A stretch of DNA of 64,000 nucleotides, taken from Candidatus Binatia bacterium (GTDB lineage Bacteria > Desulfobacterota > Binatia > HRBIN30). Within the stretch, counting starts at the first letter, position 1. Every line of letters starts with the position of its first letter. Positions 48,468-57,648 of the stretch are shown in pieces. The stretch is taken from positions 64,001-128,000 of the forward strand of contig JBBRSP010000001.1 of assembly GCA_038245295.1 (NCBI GenBank), written 5' to 3'. The notes under the pieces were generated by a model. It worked only from the letters and a program-made list of their open reading frames with translations, searched no databases and was not told the origin of the DNA. A program made the position numbers and the translations under genes.

Positions 48468-49205
48468 TCACTTGCCCGACAAGATCTTTTGGCGCAGCCG
48501 GAAGAGATCGTAGAAGGCGCCGACGATCACCGACAGATGCGCGCCAGTCTGCACGCCGGCGGTGCGAGGGTAATGATGGACGCCCGTTTCTTTGATCTTG
48601 AATCCTTTATTGACGGCACGTCCGTACAACTCGGCGTTAATCAACGCCCCTGTCGATTCCAGGGTGATGGCGTTCAACACCTTCTTGGGAATCAACTTGA
48701 AGGCGCAGTTGAGGTCCTTCACGTAGACATTGAGCATGATGCGCACGAGCCAGCCGCCAAACAGCTTGGCGTTGAGGCGGCGGATCAATGGATCGTTGCG
48801 CTTGATGCGATACCCGGTGACGATGTGATCGTCGTCTGTCACCAGGGGCAGGATGATGTCCAGCTCCTTGATGTCGAACTGCCCGTCGCCATCCATGTAA
48901 AAGACGAAACGCTTCTGTGCCGCGTCGAATCCGGTGCGCAACGCCGCGCCGTAGCCGCGGTTCTGCGGATGATGCTGCGGCCGCAGTCGCGGGAACTCTT
49001 TGGCGAGCTCGTCGAGGATCGCACCGGTGCGGTCCTTGCTGCCATCGTTGGTGACCACGAGCTCGTAATCGAGGCCGGTCGTCTCCAGATAGGCGACACA
49101 GTCGCGCACGACGCGATCGATGTTGGCCTCCTCGTTGAACGCCGGCAGCACAACCGAAAGCTCACGAACTACGCCCGGCACGTTGCTTTTCGATCCATTC
49201 CCCAT
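48468..49205 (-). CDS. GT2, polyprenyl-phosphate sugar synthase type
   Basis: VLPAFNEE, NRGYGAAL, MDGDGQFD, DLNCAFKL, HYPR..G. Confidence 0.9.
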   Translation of the reverse strand: MGNGSKSNVPGVVRELSVVLPAFNEEANIDRVVRDCVAYLETTGLDYELVVTNDGSKDRTGAILDELAKEFPRLRPQHHPQNRGYGAALRTGFDAAQKRFVFYMDGDGQFDIKELDIILPLVTDDDHIVTGYRIKRNDPLIRRLNAKLFGGWLVRIMLNVYVKDLNCAFKLIPKKVLNAITLESTGALINAELYGRAVNKGFKIKETGVHHYPRTAGVQTGAHLSVIVGAFYDLFRLRQKILSGK

Positions 49206-49233
49206 ACAATCTCCGCCGCTTAGGCAAGTTTAT

Positions 49234-50364
49234 ATGATCGTTCAATGCCCCTACTGTGCAACCCGCTACAAAATCGATGACGCCAAGGTGGCGGCCGGCA
49301 ACGCGCGCATGAAATGTTCGCGTTGTCAGCAAGTCTTCCCGGCGCCGTCGACCAAGAAACGTGTTGCTGCCGCGCCCACCAAGCCTACCTTGGCCGGCGC
49401 TGTCAACTTGAAGCTACCATTCGACGATTCGCCGGCGAAAGACAACCCGGTGAAGGACCTCCCGGCGAAGGAACCGCCGGCCGTGAAGCCGGCATCCAAG
49501 GTTCCCGTGTTCGATCTTGGCGCGGCCGCCGATTCCGCCGAAGAGGATGCCAACGATGTGCTCCGGGGTGACGACGAACCTCCGGCAAAACACGAGCCGG
49601 TGGTCGACGAGATCGATGCCGAGACCGACGCCGACGGCGCCAATGACGATGACAAATTCGAGATCTCCGAACCCCCCGATACATACACTCTCGGCACCGA
49701 GGAGGTTGCGCCGTCGCCCAAGCCTGCACCCGCCCCACGCCGTGCCACGCCGCGCCCGCCGTCCGGCGGACGTGGCGCCTCCGCGGCACGCGGTCCTCGT
49801 AAGGGCGCCGCGCCGCCAGCTTCGTCTTCCGAACGGGGAAAGTTCCGCGCGATCATGGTGTTTCAGGTTATCACGGTGGTCATCTACGCCGCCTTGTTTC
49901 AGGCGATGCTGGCCAGCCCGGCGATGACCGATGACTTGTTGCAGAAGCTGCCGTTGATCAGTGCCTTTCGCAACGACAAGCTGATGGCCCGCAAGATCGC
50001 CTTGTCGGAACTCAGCGGCGGTTATCAACGGATCAAGGAAGGCAAGGAAGTGTTTGTTGTGCGCGGACACGTGCTCAACACCGCGCCCGTCGCGCTGCAG
50101 AGCGTGCAGATCGCCGGCAAACTCTACGATTCCAAGGGCAAGGTCGTCGATACCAAGACGATCTTCTGCGGTAGCGTCATCTCGACGAAGGTTTTGAAAG
50201 ATCTGACGACACCGGAGCTGTCGATGCTGCAGCCGCCATATCCGCCGAAGCATTTCGCCATCGAGCCCGGTGAATCGAAGTCATTTGTGGTGGTGTTTAC
50301 GGAGCCACCGCGCGACGCCGCCGAGTTTACGACCCAGGTGGTTTCGGCGCAGCGCCAGAGCTAG
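49234..50364 (+). CDS. MJ0042-type zinc-ribbon protein with TM helix and DUF3426-like domain
   Basis: MIVQCPYCATRYKI...KCSRCQQVF; acidic/Pro linker; TM helix; VVRGHVLN...IEPGESKSFVVVF. Confidence 0.85.
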   Translation: MIVQCPYCATRYKIDDAKVAAGNARMKCSRCQQVFPAPSTKKRVAAAPTKPTLAGAVNLKLPFDDSPAKDNPVKDLPAKEPPAVKPASKVPVFDLGAAADSAEEDANDVLRGDDEPPAKHEPVVDEIDAETDADGANDDDKFEISEPPDTYTLGTEEVAPSPKPAPAPRRATPRPPSGGRGASAARGPRKGAAPPASSSERGKFRAIMVFQVITVVIYAALFQAMLASPAMTDDLLQKLPLISAFRNDKLMARKIALSELSGGYQRIKEGKEVFVVRGHVLNTAPVALQSVQIAGKLYDSKGKVVDTKTIFCGSVISTKVLKDLTTPELSMLQPPYPPKHFAIEPGESKSFVVVFTEPPRDAAEFTTQVVSAQRQS

Positions 50365-50406
50365 CGCTCAAGCCCACTAGAGGACTGCCACCGACTGCGA
50401 CGACGA

Positions 50407-50607
50407 CTACGCTCTGTCCTTGCTGTCTTTGCTGTCCTTACGGTCTTTCGGAGTAATGTCGATTTCGTCCGGCGCCTTCACTTGTTTGCGGAAGTTGCGA
50501 ACGCCGCGCCCGATGCTGTCACCCAGCTCTGGCAGTCGGCCGGCCCCGAAGATGATCAGTACGATCACCAGTAGTACGACCAGTTCTCCGATGCCCATTC
50601 CAAACAT
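50407..50607 (-). CDS. tatA: Twin-arginine translocase TatA/E
   Basis: [43 protein letters not shown]18-TATAGA upstream. Confidence 0.93.
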   Translation of the reverse strand: MFGMGIGELVVLLVIVLIIFGAGRLPELGDSIGRGVRNFRKQVKAPDEIDITPKDRKDSKDSKDRA

Positions 50608-50673
50608 GAAGATCTCCTGAGGCGTCTATAGGTCAGGCTCACGGACCTCTGCAAGGTTGGAGTGAGAAGGGTT

Positions 50674-50718
50674 CGGGGTGCGGGGTCGAGGTACGGCCCA
50701 CCCGAACCCCGCACCCCG
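50674..50718. repeat. GC-rich inverted repeat downstream of the LLM gene
   Basis: CGGGGTGCGGGGT ... ACCCCGCACCCCG, perfect 13 bp. Confidence 0.7.
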
Positions 50719-50734
50719 CCACCTGCACCCGGCT

Positions 50735-51736
50735 CTACTGAAGGAGCCGCTCGATGGCTTTGGTGTACTCGCGCGGATCCTCGGTAGCCACATGCACGCG
50801 ATGGATCTTGGCCCCAGCCTTTTCTTGTTCGATCAGCCGATCGCGGCATTCCTCGACATCGCCGCAGACGCCCAAGCGGTTGCGCATCGCCGCAGGAATC
50901 GCCGCGACTGCTGCCGCCGCCCCCTGTTGCCAGGCCGCTTTGACGGCGGCGACTTCCTTTTCGAAGCCGAAGCGCTCGAGCTGGCGCGCGTAGTAGACGC
51001 CCATTTTCCCAATGTAGAAGGCGGTTGTCCCCGCCTGTGCCAGCTCGGCGCGCTCGCGTGCCTCTCCCGACGCCACCACGGCGGCGGTGGGGGCTGTCAC
51101 CTCGAATTGTTCCGGATCGCGCCCCGCAGCAAGAATGCGCGTGTTCAGGGCGCCGATCTCGGTGCCGAGCTTGTCGATGGGAATCATCACCGGCAGCCAT
51201 CCGTCGGCATGGGAAGCGGTCAGCTCGAGCGCTTTCGGGTTGAGTGTCGCCAGATGAATCGGGATGTGTTTGCGCACCGGCTCGAAGCGCAGCGTGAAGC
51301 CGCGGTCGAGTTGGAACACTTTGCCGACATATTTTAGCGGCTCGTGGCGCAGAAGGATGTTGAAGATTTCGATCGTCTCGCGCAGGCGGGTTAGTGCTGG
51401 CTCGAACTTGACGCCGTGAAAATGTTCGATGACGTTGATGCCGCTGGTGCCGAAGCCGGCGATCATGCGCCCCTCCGACAACTCGTCGAGCGTCGCGAAG
51501 TGCTGCGCCAGGCAAGCCGGCGTGCGCGAGAAGACGTTGACGATACCTGTCGCCAAGCGGATCCGTTTGGTGCGTGCCGCCAGCAGGGTCAGCAACGTGA
51601 AGCAGTCGCGTCCCCACGCTTCCGCAATCCACACCGAATCGACGCCCGCTTCGTCGGCGACCTGCACTCGCTCGATGATCTTGTTGAGATCGAACTTCCC
51701 TTGCCAATCGACGGAAATTGCCAGTTTGCGTGCCAT
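50735..51736 (-). CDS. LLM-class flavin (possibly F420)-dependent oxidoreductase
   Basis: VWIAEAWGRD, TKRIRLATGI.NV.SRTP, TLDELSEGR, ADGW.P. Confidence 0.9.
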   Translation of the reverse strand: MARKLAISVDWQGKFDLNKIIERVQVADEAGVDSVWIAEAWGRDCFTLLTLLAARTKRIRLATGIVNVFSRTPACLAQHFATLDELSEGRMIAGFGTSGINVIEHFHGVKFEPALTRLRETIEIFNILLRHEPLKYVGKVFQLDRGFTLRFEPVRKHIPIHLATLNPKALELTASHADGWLPVMIPIDKLGTEIGALNTRILAAGRDPEQFEVTAPTAAVVASGEARERAELAQAGTTAFYIGKMGVYYARQLERFGFEKEVAAVKAAWQQGAAAAVAAIPAAMRNRLGVCGDVEECRDRLIEQEKAGAKIHRVHVATEDPREYTKAIERLLQ

Positions 51737-51803
51737 GAGCGGTCTTGTGGCCGAGCGGCGCCCTTGGCGCAAGACAGGCGCCGTCGGCGCGTCGGCGGTG
51801 GAA

Positions 51804-51930
51804 GGGGAGGCGCAGGTCTTCAGCCTGCGCTGTGTGCCGGACCCACCCGAGAGCAACCAGAGGAAGCCAAACAACTACACCTAGAGGACGGACGACACTC
51901 TCCACCGCAAGCTGAAGCTTGCGCCTACCC
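51804..51930. mobile_element. REPIN-like element: two inverted GTAG-class REP sequences
   Basis: Right copy (minus strand) GTAG-G-CGCAAGCT-TC-AGCTTGCG; left copy GGAG-G-CGCAGG-TCTTCAG-CCTGCG; about 70-nt partly self-complementary spacer. Confidence 0.7.
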
Positions 51931-51995
51931 GCCGTGCCTACTCGCGTGCGCACGCTTGCTCCGTCGAAGCTGCGACGGCTAAGATCAACTCTTCG

Positions 51996-53129
51996 ATGTC
52001 GGATCAGACACGCCTGCGTACCGCCGTAGTTGTTTCCCTGCTGATGCACTTGTCTCTGCTGTGGATGTGGGCCGCCTATCGTGTGGCGCAGGAGATTCTG
52101 CGGCAATCGCGCCCGATCGACATTGATGTTGTCTCGATGCCACCGCCGGCCCCGCCGGCGCCGCCGCGACCGGCGCAGCCGGCCCATCCGGTGCAGCCTG
52201 CCCCACAGGCTCAACCCGCTGAACCCGCCCCGCCAGTGCCTCCGGCGCCCGTGCTTCAACGACAGATCGTTTCGCCATCGGACGCCGGAGAGGAGAAGCC
52301 GCCACCGCCGGACACTCGTCTCCTCAGTGATCGCGACAACGTCGTGGCCAAGGAGAGCGCTCAGGTCGGCGAAGGGGCACGCGAGAAGGACAACGCTCCG
52401 CCCAAGCCTGTGCAGGAATCGGCACCACCGCCGAAGCCTGAGGCGCCTCGCAAGGTGATCGCTGAGCCCAAACCCGAAGCCAAGCCCGAGCCTCCCGAGC
52501 GCCGGCGCGACCGCAACCCGGGGGCAAGTTTGCCCAATCTCGATCAGCTACTGCCACAGGTCGGTGATCTGGCGCTGGCCGGCGGCGGTTCGCAAGAGCG
52601 TGATCGCGGAGCCGATTCCAACAGCGAGGCGCGTCGCAAGTTGTCGCTACCGCAGGCGGAAGCGTTCTCGGCGCGCCCCGGCATTCGCGATTTCCTACCG
52701 GCCGTGCGCCCGAGCGACATCACCATGCTCAACACGAAGGCGGACCGCTTCGCTCCATTTGTCCGCCGCGTGGCACAACGCGTCTTCCAACATCTGGACA
52801 TTCGCTTGCGACAGGCCATTGGCGGTGTCGGCCAAGGCGGCAAAGAGTTCGCCATCGTTGAAGCGATCATGGACAAGCGCGGCCGCTTGGTGGACGCGCG
52901 TATCGTCGAACGGGACAGCACGAGCGCGCTGAGCGCCGATCGGATTCTGCTCGGAGCTACGGAGCCCGACATCTTTTTTGACGAGAACCCGCCACCCGGC
53001 GCCGAGGCGGCCGACGGCAAGATTCATTTCAAGCTGCTCATCGATCTGGAGGTCGTGGCCTATCAAGATCCGCGTAGTGGCCGGACTAGTGGCGGCTACC
53101 ACGGCATGGCCGGGGTTGGGCTGGATTGA
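51996..53129 (+). CDS. TonB/TolA-like membrane-anchored Pro-rich protein
   Basis: TM helix with SLLMH (SxxxH TonB motif); Pro-rich linker; LLSDRDN; TMLNTKA.RFA.F..RV. Confidence 0.72.
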   Translation: MSDQTRLRTAVVVSLLMHLSLLWMWAAYRVAQEILRQSRPIDIDVVSMPPPAPPAPPRPAQPAHPVQPAPQAQPAEPAPPVPPAPVLQRQIVSPSDAGEEKPPPPDTRLLSDRDNVVAKESAQVGEGAREKDNAPPKPVQESAPPPKPEAPRKVIAEPKPEAKPEPPERRRDRNPGASLPNLDQLLPQVGDLALAGGGSQERDRGADSNSEARRKLSLPQAEAFSARPGIRDFLPAVRPSDITMLNTKADRFAPFVRRVAQRVFQHLDIRLRQAIGGVGQGGKEFAIVEAIMDKRGRLVDARIVERDSTSALSADRILLGATEPDIFFDENPPPGAEAADGKIHFKLLIDLEVVAYQDPRSGRTSGGYHGMAGVGLD

Positions 53130-53192
53130 TCGCGTCTAGCCGAGGACGGTAGGGCGTTCTGCGTAGGGCGTCGGGGGTGGTTGGGGAAACGG

Positions 53193-54713
53193 TTACGCGT
53201 TGGTCTCTGGCTTCGTCCAGCGTAGGACCGGGCGCCGCGCCGCGCGGGCTTCATCGAGGCGCCCGACCGGGGTGCGTCGTGGCGCATCATGCAAGACATC
53301 CGGCGTCTCGCGCGCCTCGCGAGCGATGGCGCGCATCGCGGCGATGAACTCGTCGATCGTCTCTTTGCTCTCGGTTTCCGTTGGCTCGATCATGATGGCG
53401 CCGCTTACAACCAACGGGAAGTAGATCGTTGGCGCGTAGAACCCGTACTCCAGAAGCCGCTTCGCCACGTCGAGTGTCTTGATGCCGTACTCTTCGAGTC
53501 GTTTGTCGCTGAGCACACACTCGTGCATGCACAAGCCGGGGTAGGCGAGATGATACTCATCCTCGAGGCTCTTGCGGATGTAGTTGGCGCTCAGGACGGC
53601 CATTTGGGTCGCCAGCTTCAAACCGTCGCCACCCAGGGCCAGCATGTAGGCCAGGGCACGCACGTGCATGCCGAAGTTGCCGTGGAAGGAACGCACCCGC
53701 CCGATGGTTTTTGGGAAGTCACTGCTCCACGCGTATGTCTTGTCGCGGCAGACAACGCGCGGCGTGGGCAGATAGGGCTCGAGAATCTGGCGCACGGCAA
53801 CCGGGCCCGACCCGGGACCGCCGCCACCGTGCGGGGTCGAGAACGTCTTGTGCAGATTGATCTGCATCACGTCGGCGCCCATGTGCGCCGGTTTGGCGAT
53901 ACCCATCAGCGCGTTCAGATTCGCGCCGTCGAGGTAGACCAGGCCACCCTTGCTGTGCACGACTTCGGCGATCTGGACAATCTCGCGTTCGAAGAGGCCG
54001 AGTGTGTTGGGATTGGTGATCATCAAGGCGGCGACGTCATCGTCCATGGCGCGACGCACCGCCTCGGCTTCGATCAAGCCGAGCCGATTGCCTTCGATCT
54101 GCACCGTCGTGTAGCCGCATAACGCGGCGCTGGCCGGGTTGGTGCCGTGAGCGCTTGCCGGGATCAATACTTTGCGACGCGCCCGACCGTGGTCGACGTG
54201 ATAGGCGCGCACCATCTTCATCCCGGCGAGCTCGCCCTGGGCACCGGCCGCAGGTTGCAGACTGACCGCATCCATCCCGGTGACCTCGGCCAGAATACGC
54301 TCCACTTCCCAAATCGTGGCCAGGGCGCCCTGTGCCGCGTCGTCATCAGCGAACGGGTGGAGATTGGCAAACCCGGCGAGCCGCGCCGCGACTTCGTTCA
54401 CCACTGGGTTGTACTTCATGGTGCACGAGCCGAGCGGATAAAAGGTCGTCGCCGTGCCGTAGTTCCATTGCGACAAGCGTAGGAAGTGCCGCAGCACCTC
54501 CGGTTCACTCACCTCGGGCAGACCATCGACAGAATCGCGAAGCAACTCGGCGGGCAACACCGATTCGGCTCCTGCCGGCGCGGCGGCCGTCCAAACGCCA
54601 ATCCGGCCGGCGCGGCTGCGCTCGAAAATCGGTGGCTCGTCGAGGATCAGGCCGGCCTGCTTGCCGGCGATCGGCCCGCTGGGTGTCTGCTCGTCTTCTT
54701 GTTCCTGCATCAC
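53193..54713 (-). CDS. gcvPB: Glycine dehydrogenase (decarboxylating) subunit 2
   Basis: PLGSCTMKYNP, AHGTNPASA, NLHKTFSTPHGGGGPG, MIEPTETE. Confidence 0.97.
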   Translation of the reverse strand: MMQEQEDEQTPSGPIAGKQAGLILDEPPIFERSRAGRIGVWTAAAPAGAESVLPAELLRDSVDGLPEVSEPEVLRHFLRLSQWNYGTATTFYPLGSCTMKYNPVVNEVAARLAGFANLHPFADDDAAQGALATIWEVERILAEVTGMDAVSLQPAAGAQGELAGMKMVRAYHVDHGRARRKVLIPASAHGTNPASAALCGYTTVQIEGNRLGLIEAEAVRRAMDDDVAALMITNPNTLGLFEREIVQIAEVVHSKGGLVYLDGANLNALMGIAKPAHMGADVMQINLHKTFSTPHGGGGPGSGPVAVRQILEPYLPTPRVVCRDKTYAWSSDFPKTIGRVRSFHGNFGMHVRALAYMLALGGDGLKLATQMAVLSANYIRKSLEDEYHLAYPGLCMHECVLSDKRLEEYGIKTLDVAKRLLEYGFYAPTIYFPLVVSGAIMIEPTETESKETIDEFIAAMRAIAREARETPDVLHDAPRRTPVGRLDEARAARRPVLRWTKPETNA

Positions 54714-56059
54714 TTTGCCGCCGTTTCAAAGGCCCGCACCAGGGCGTCGATGGCACTGTCCTCATGTACCTCGGTGACGCACAGCAACGCCGCATCACCG
54801 AACTCCGGATACCATCGCGACAGGCTGATCCCGGCGAGCAAGCCGCTCTTCTGCGCCGCGGCTCGTGCCGCGTCGAGGCGTTTGCCGCGTATGACGAACT
54901 CATTGAAGAACGGTGCCTGGAAGGGCACCTCGAGGCCTTTGATGCTGCCCAGGCGCTGTGCCAGTCGATGGGCTGCGGCGGTATTCGCCAAGGCGACGTT
55001 CCGGATACCCTGTTTGCCGAGGGCGCAGACGTGCACGGTGAACGCCAGCGACATGAGCCCCTGGTTGGTGCAAATGTTCGAGGTCGCCTTTTCACGCCGG
55101 ATGTGTTGTTCGCGCGTCGCCAGAGTCAGCACGTAGCCGCGCCGTCCGGCCGTGTCGTTGGCTTCGCCCACCAACCGTCCAGGCATCATGCGGACGTATT
55201 CCGAGCGCGTCGCGAAAAGACCGACCCCGGGGCCGCCGTAGGACATCGGGATGCCGAGACTCTGTCCTTCTGCCACGGCAATGTCGGCCCCCAACTCGCC
55301 CGGCGACTTCAAGAGGCCAAGTGCCACGGCTTCGCTGGTGGCGGTGATAACTAGCGCCTCTCTGGCATGCGCAATCGCAGCAACGGCGGCGACGTCCTCG
55401 ATGACGCCGAAGAAGTTTGGATAACCGAGAACCACAGCCGCCGTCTGTTCATCGATGTTCTGCGCCAACCAAGCGCCGTCGGTACGCCCCTGGGCATCAA
55501 TGGGCGCTTCGACGACGTCGATCAGCCCGGCGCCTTCGAGGTATGTCGTGATCGTCTCGCGATAATGCGGATGCACGGCGCGCGAGACTATGACGCGGCG
55601 CCGCTTGTTGCGCACGCGTGCCGCCATCAGCACGGCCTCGGCCGTTGCCGAGGCGCCGTCGTACATGCTGGCGTTGGCGACATCGAGACCGAGCAGCATC
55701 GAGACGATCGTCTGAAATTCAAAGATCGCCTGGAGAGTCCCTTGGCTAACCTCGGGTTGGTACGGGGTGTAGGCCGAGTAGAACTCGGCGCGTTGCAGAA
55801 TCTGATCGACCACCGCGGGGACAAAGTGCGGATAGGCTCCGGCACCGGCGAAGCAGGCTGCCGCGGCGGCACTGTTTTTCGCCGCCAACGATTCGAGATG
55901 GCGGCGCACCTCGAGCTCCGTGCGACCCGGCGCCAACGCCAAGGTGGCGCTGCGCCGCAGCTCGATCGGCACGTTCTCGAAGAGGTCGTCGATGTCTGCC
56001 ACGCCGATGTGGTCGAGCATGGCTCGCACATCGTCAGCGGTATGTGGAATGAAACGCAT
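54710..56059 (-). CDS. gcvPA: Glycine dehydrogenase (decarboxylating) subunit 1
   Basis: YTPYQPEVSQG, NASMYDG, TREQHIRREKATSNICTNQ. Confidence 0.97.
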   Translation of the reverse strand: MRFIPHTADDVRAMLDHIGVADIDDLFENVPIELRRSATLALAPGRTELEVRRHLESLAAKNSAAAAACFAGAGAYPHFVPAVVDQILQRAEFYSAYTPYQPEVSQGTLQAIFEFQTIVSMLLGLDVANASMYDGASATAEAVLMAARVRNKRRRVIVSRAVHPHYRETITTYLEGAGLIDVVEAPIDAQGRTDGAWLAQNIDEQTAAVVLGYPNFFGVIEDVAAVAAIAHAREALVITATSEAVALGLLKSPGELGADIAVAEGQSLGIPMSYGGPGVGLFATRSEYVRMMPGRLVGEANDTAGRRGYVLTLATREQHIRREKATSNICTNQGLMSLAFTVHVCALGKQGIRNVALANTAAAHRLAQRLGSIKGLEVPFQAPFFNEFVIRGKRLDAARAAAQKSGLLAGISLSRWYPEFGDAALLCVTEVHEDSAIDALVRAFETAAK

Positions 56060-56146
56060 CCGGAAGGCCTTCAACCCTCCGTAAATGAGCACGCCACGGT
56101 GCGCGTGTGGAGAGGGTAATGAAAAAACGTTCGATTCGTGAGCCGA

Positions 56147-56539
56147 CTACTCCTCGTCTTCCTCGGCAACGAACTCTTCATACTCGACCGAGGTCATGAG
56201 CTCGTCGATCTCTTCCGGGTCGTTGATCTCGATCTTGATCAACCAGCCGTCGCCATAGGGATCTTCGTTGATGATCTCTGGATTGTCGGGGAGATCATCG
56301 TTGATCTCCATGACAATGCCGCTGATCGGCGCGAAGATATCAGAGACCGCTTTGACGGATTCGACGACGCCGAATGCATCTTCTTTGCTGACCTTGTCGC
56401 TCACGGCCGGCAGCTCGACGAACACGATGTCCCCGAGCTGATCCTGCGCAAAATCGGTGATGCCGATTGTGGCGATGTTTCCCTCAAGCAACACCCATTC
56501 GTGCTGCTTCGAGTATTTGAGGTCCTCGGGAAACTCCAT
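56147..56539 (-). CDS. gcvH: Glycine cleavage system H protein
   Basis: HEW, GITDFAQ..LGD, VESVKAV (lipoyl Lys), N.DPYG.GW. Confidence 0.98.
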   Translation of the reverse strand: MEFPEDLKYSKQHEWVLLEGNIATIGITDFAQDQLGDIVFVELPAVSDKVSKEDAFGVVESVKAVSDIFAPISGIVMEINDDLPDNPEIINEDPYGDGWLIKIEINDPEEIDELMTSVEYEEFVAEEDEE

Positions 56540-56551
56540 TACCTTTCCTCC

Positions 56552-57634
56552 CTACGAATCTTGACGCTTGTAGAACGGCAGCTTGACCACTTCGGCTGGT
56601 ACGATGCGTCCGCGAATATCGACGCCTAGTTTGGTACCCGTCTCCGCCGAAGCGGCCGCCACATAGCCTAGCCCTATTCCCTTGCCAACCGTCGGTGCTT
56701 TGGTTCCGCTGGTGATCTCGCCGACTGTTTCCTTGCCCGCAGTGACCGCATATCCCTGCCGTGGAATACCCCGCTCCGTCAATACCAGTCCGATGAGTTT
56801 TCGCGTCACCCCTGTTGCGCGCTGCTTCTGCAACGCGTCGCGTCCGATGAAGTCGCCCTTGTTGAAACGCACCACCCAGGAGAGGCCCGCTTCCAGTGGC
56901 GTCGTCGTCTCGGTCAGTTCGTGACCATAGAGGGGCAGGGCGCGTTCCAACCGCAAGGTGTCGCGGGCTCCCAGCCCAACGGCCTGAATGCCGTGTGCCG
57001 CGCCTGCCTCCATGATCGCATCCCAGATGGCGCCGGCATGGGCATTCTCGCAATAGATCTCCCAACCATCTTCTCCCGTGTAGCCGGTGTGGGCGACCCA
57101 GCATTTCTTGCCGGCGACTTCGTCATCGACAAACCAGAAGGCGGGAATATTCAAGTCGGCAGGCGTCAGCTGGCGCAGAATCTCGGTCGCCCGCGGTCCT
57201 TGGCAAGCCAGTAACGACAGCTCTCCACTGCGATCGATCGCCTCGGCGCCGCCGCAGTTTTCTTTCACCCAGGCGAAATCTTTGCCGGTGTTCGAGGCGT
57301 TGACGCAGATCATGAAGCGTTGTTCGGCAACGCGATGCACCATGATGTCGTCGACGACGCCGCCACTGGGAAGACAAAACATGGAGTACTGCGCGTTGCC
57401 GTCTTGCAGGCGCGTGACGTCGTTGACCGTCAGTCGCTGCACCGCTTCGGCGGCGCGCGGCCCACGCAGCTCGAACTCTCCCATGTGACTGACGTCGAAC
57501 AAGCCGGCATGCCGACGCACGGCCTCGTGCTCCTCGATGATGCCCGTGTACTGCACCGGCATCTCCCAGCCGCCGAATTCGACGAAACGCGCGCCTAACG
57601 CTTGGTGCCGGCTGTAGAGTTCTGTGCGTCGCAT
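56552..57634 (-). CDS. gcvT: Glycine cleavage aminomethyltransferase T
   Basis: [37 protein letters not shown]; start at MRRTEL. Confidence 0.97.
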   Translation of the reverse strand: MRRTELYSRHQALGARFVEFGGWEMPVQYTGIIEEHEAVRRHAGLFDVSHMGEFELRGPRAAEAVQRLTVNDVTRLQDGNAQYSMFCLPSGGVVDDIMVHRVAEQRFMICVNASNTGKDFAWVKENCGGAEAIDRSGELSLLACQGPRATEILRQLTPADLNIPAFWFVDDEVAGKKCWVAHTGYTGEDGWEIYCENAHAGAIWDAIMEAGAAHGIQAVGLGARDTLRLERALPLYGHELTETTTPLEAGLSWVVRFNKGDFIGRDALQKQRATGVTRKLIGLVLTERGIPRQGYAVTAGKETVGEITSGTKAPTVGKGIGLGYVAAASAETGTKLGVDIRGRIVPAEVVKLPFYKRQDS

Positions 57635-57648
57635 GGATCGTATCGCGC

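Noticed and set aside
51781..51978. 6S RNA or SRP RNA
   Set aside because: No symmetric central bubble and no SRP helix-8 motif; the arms are better explained as GTAG-class REPs
50565..52259. 564-aa minus-strand ORF
   Set aside because: Arg-rich, no motifs; alternative frame across the LLM gene, the REPIN and the TonB-like gene
57635..57648. Glycine riboswitch upstream of gcvT
   Set aside because: Only 14 nt of intergenic space; no aptamer motifs upstream of folD either
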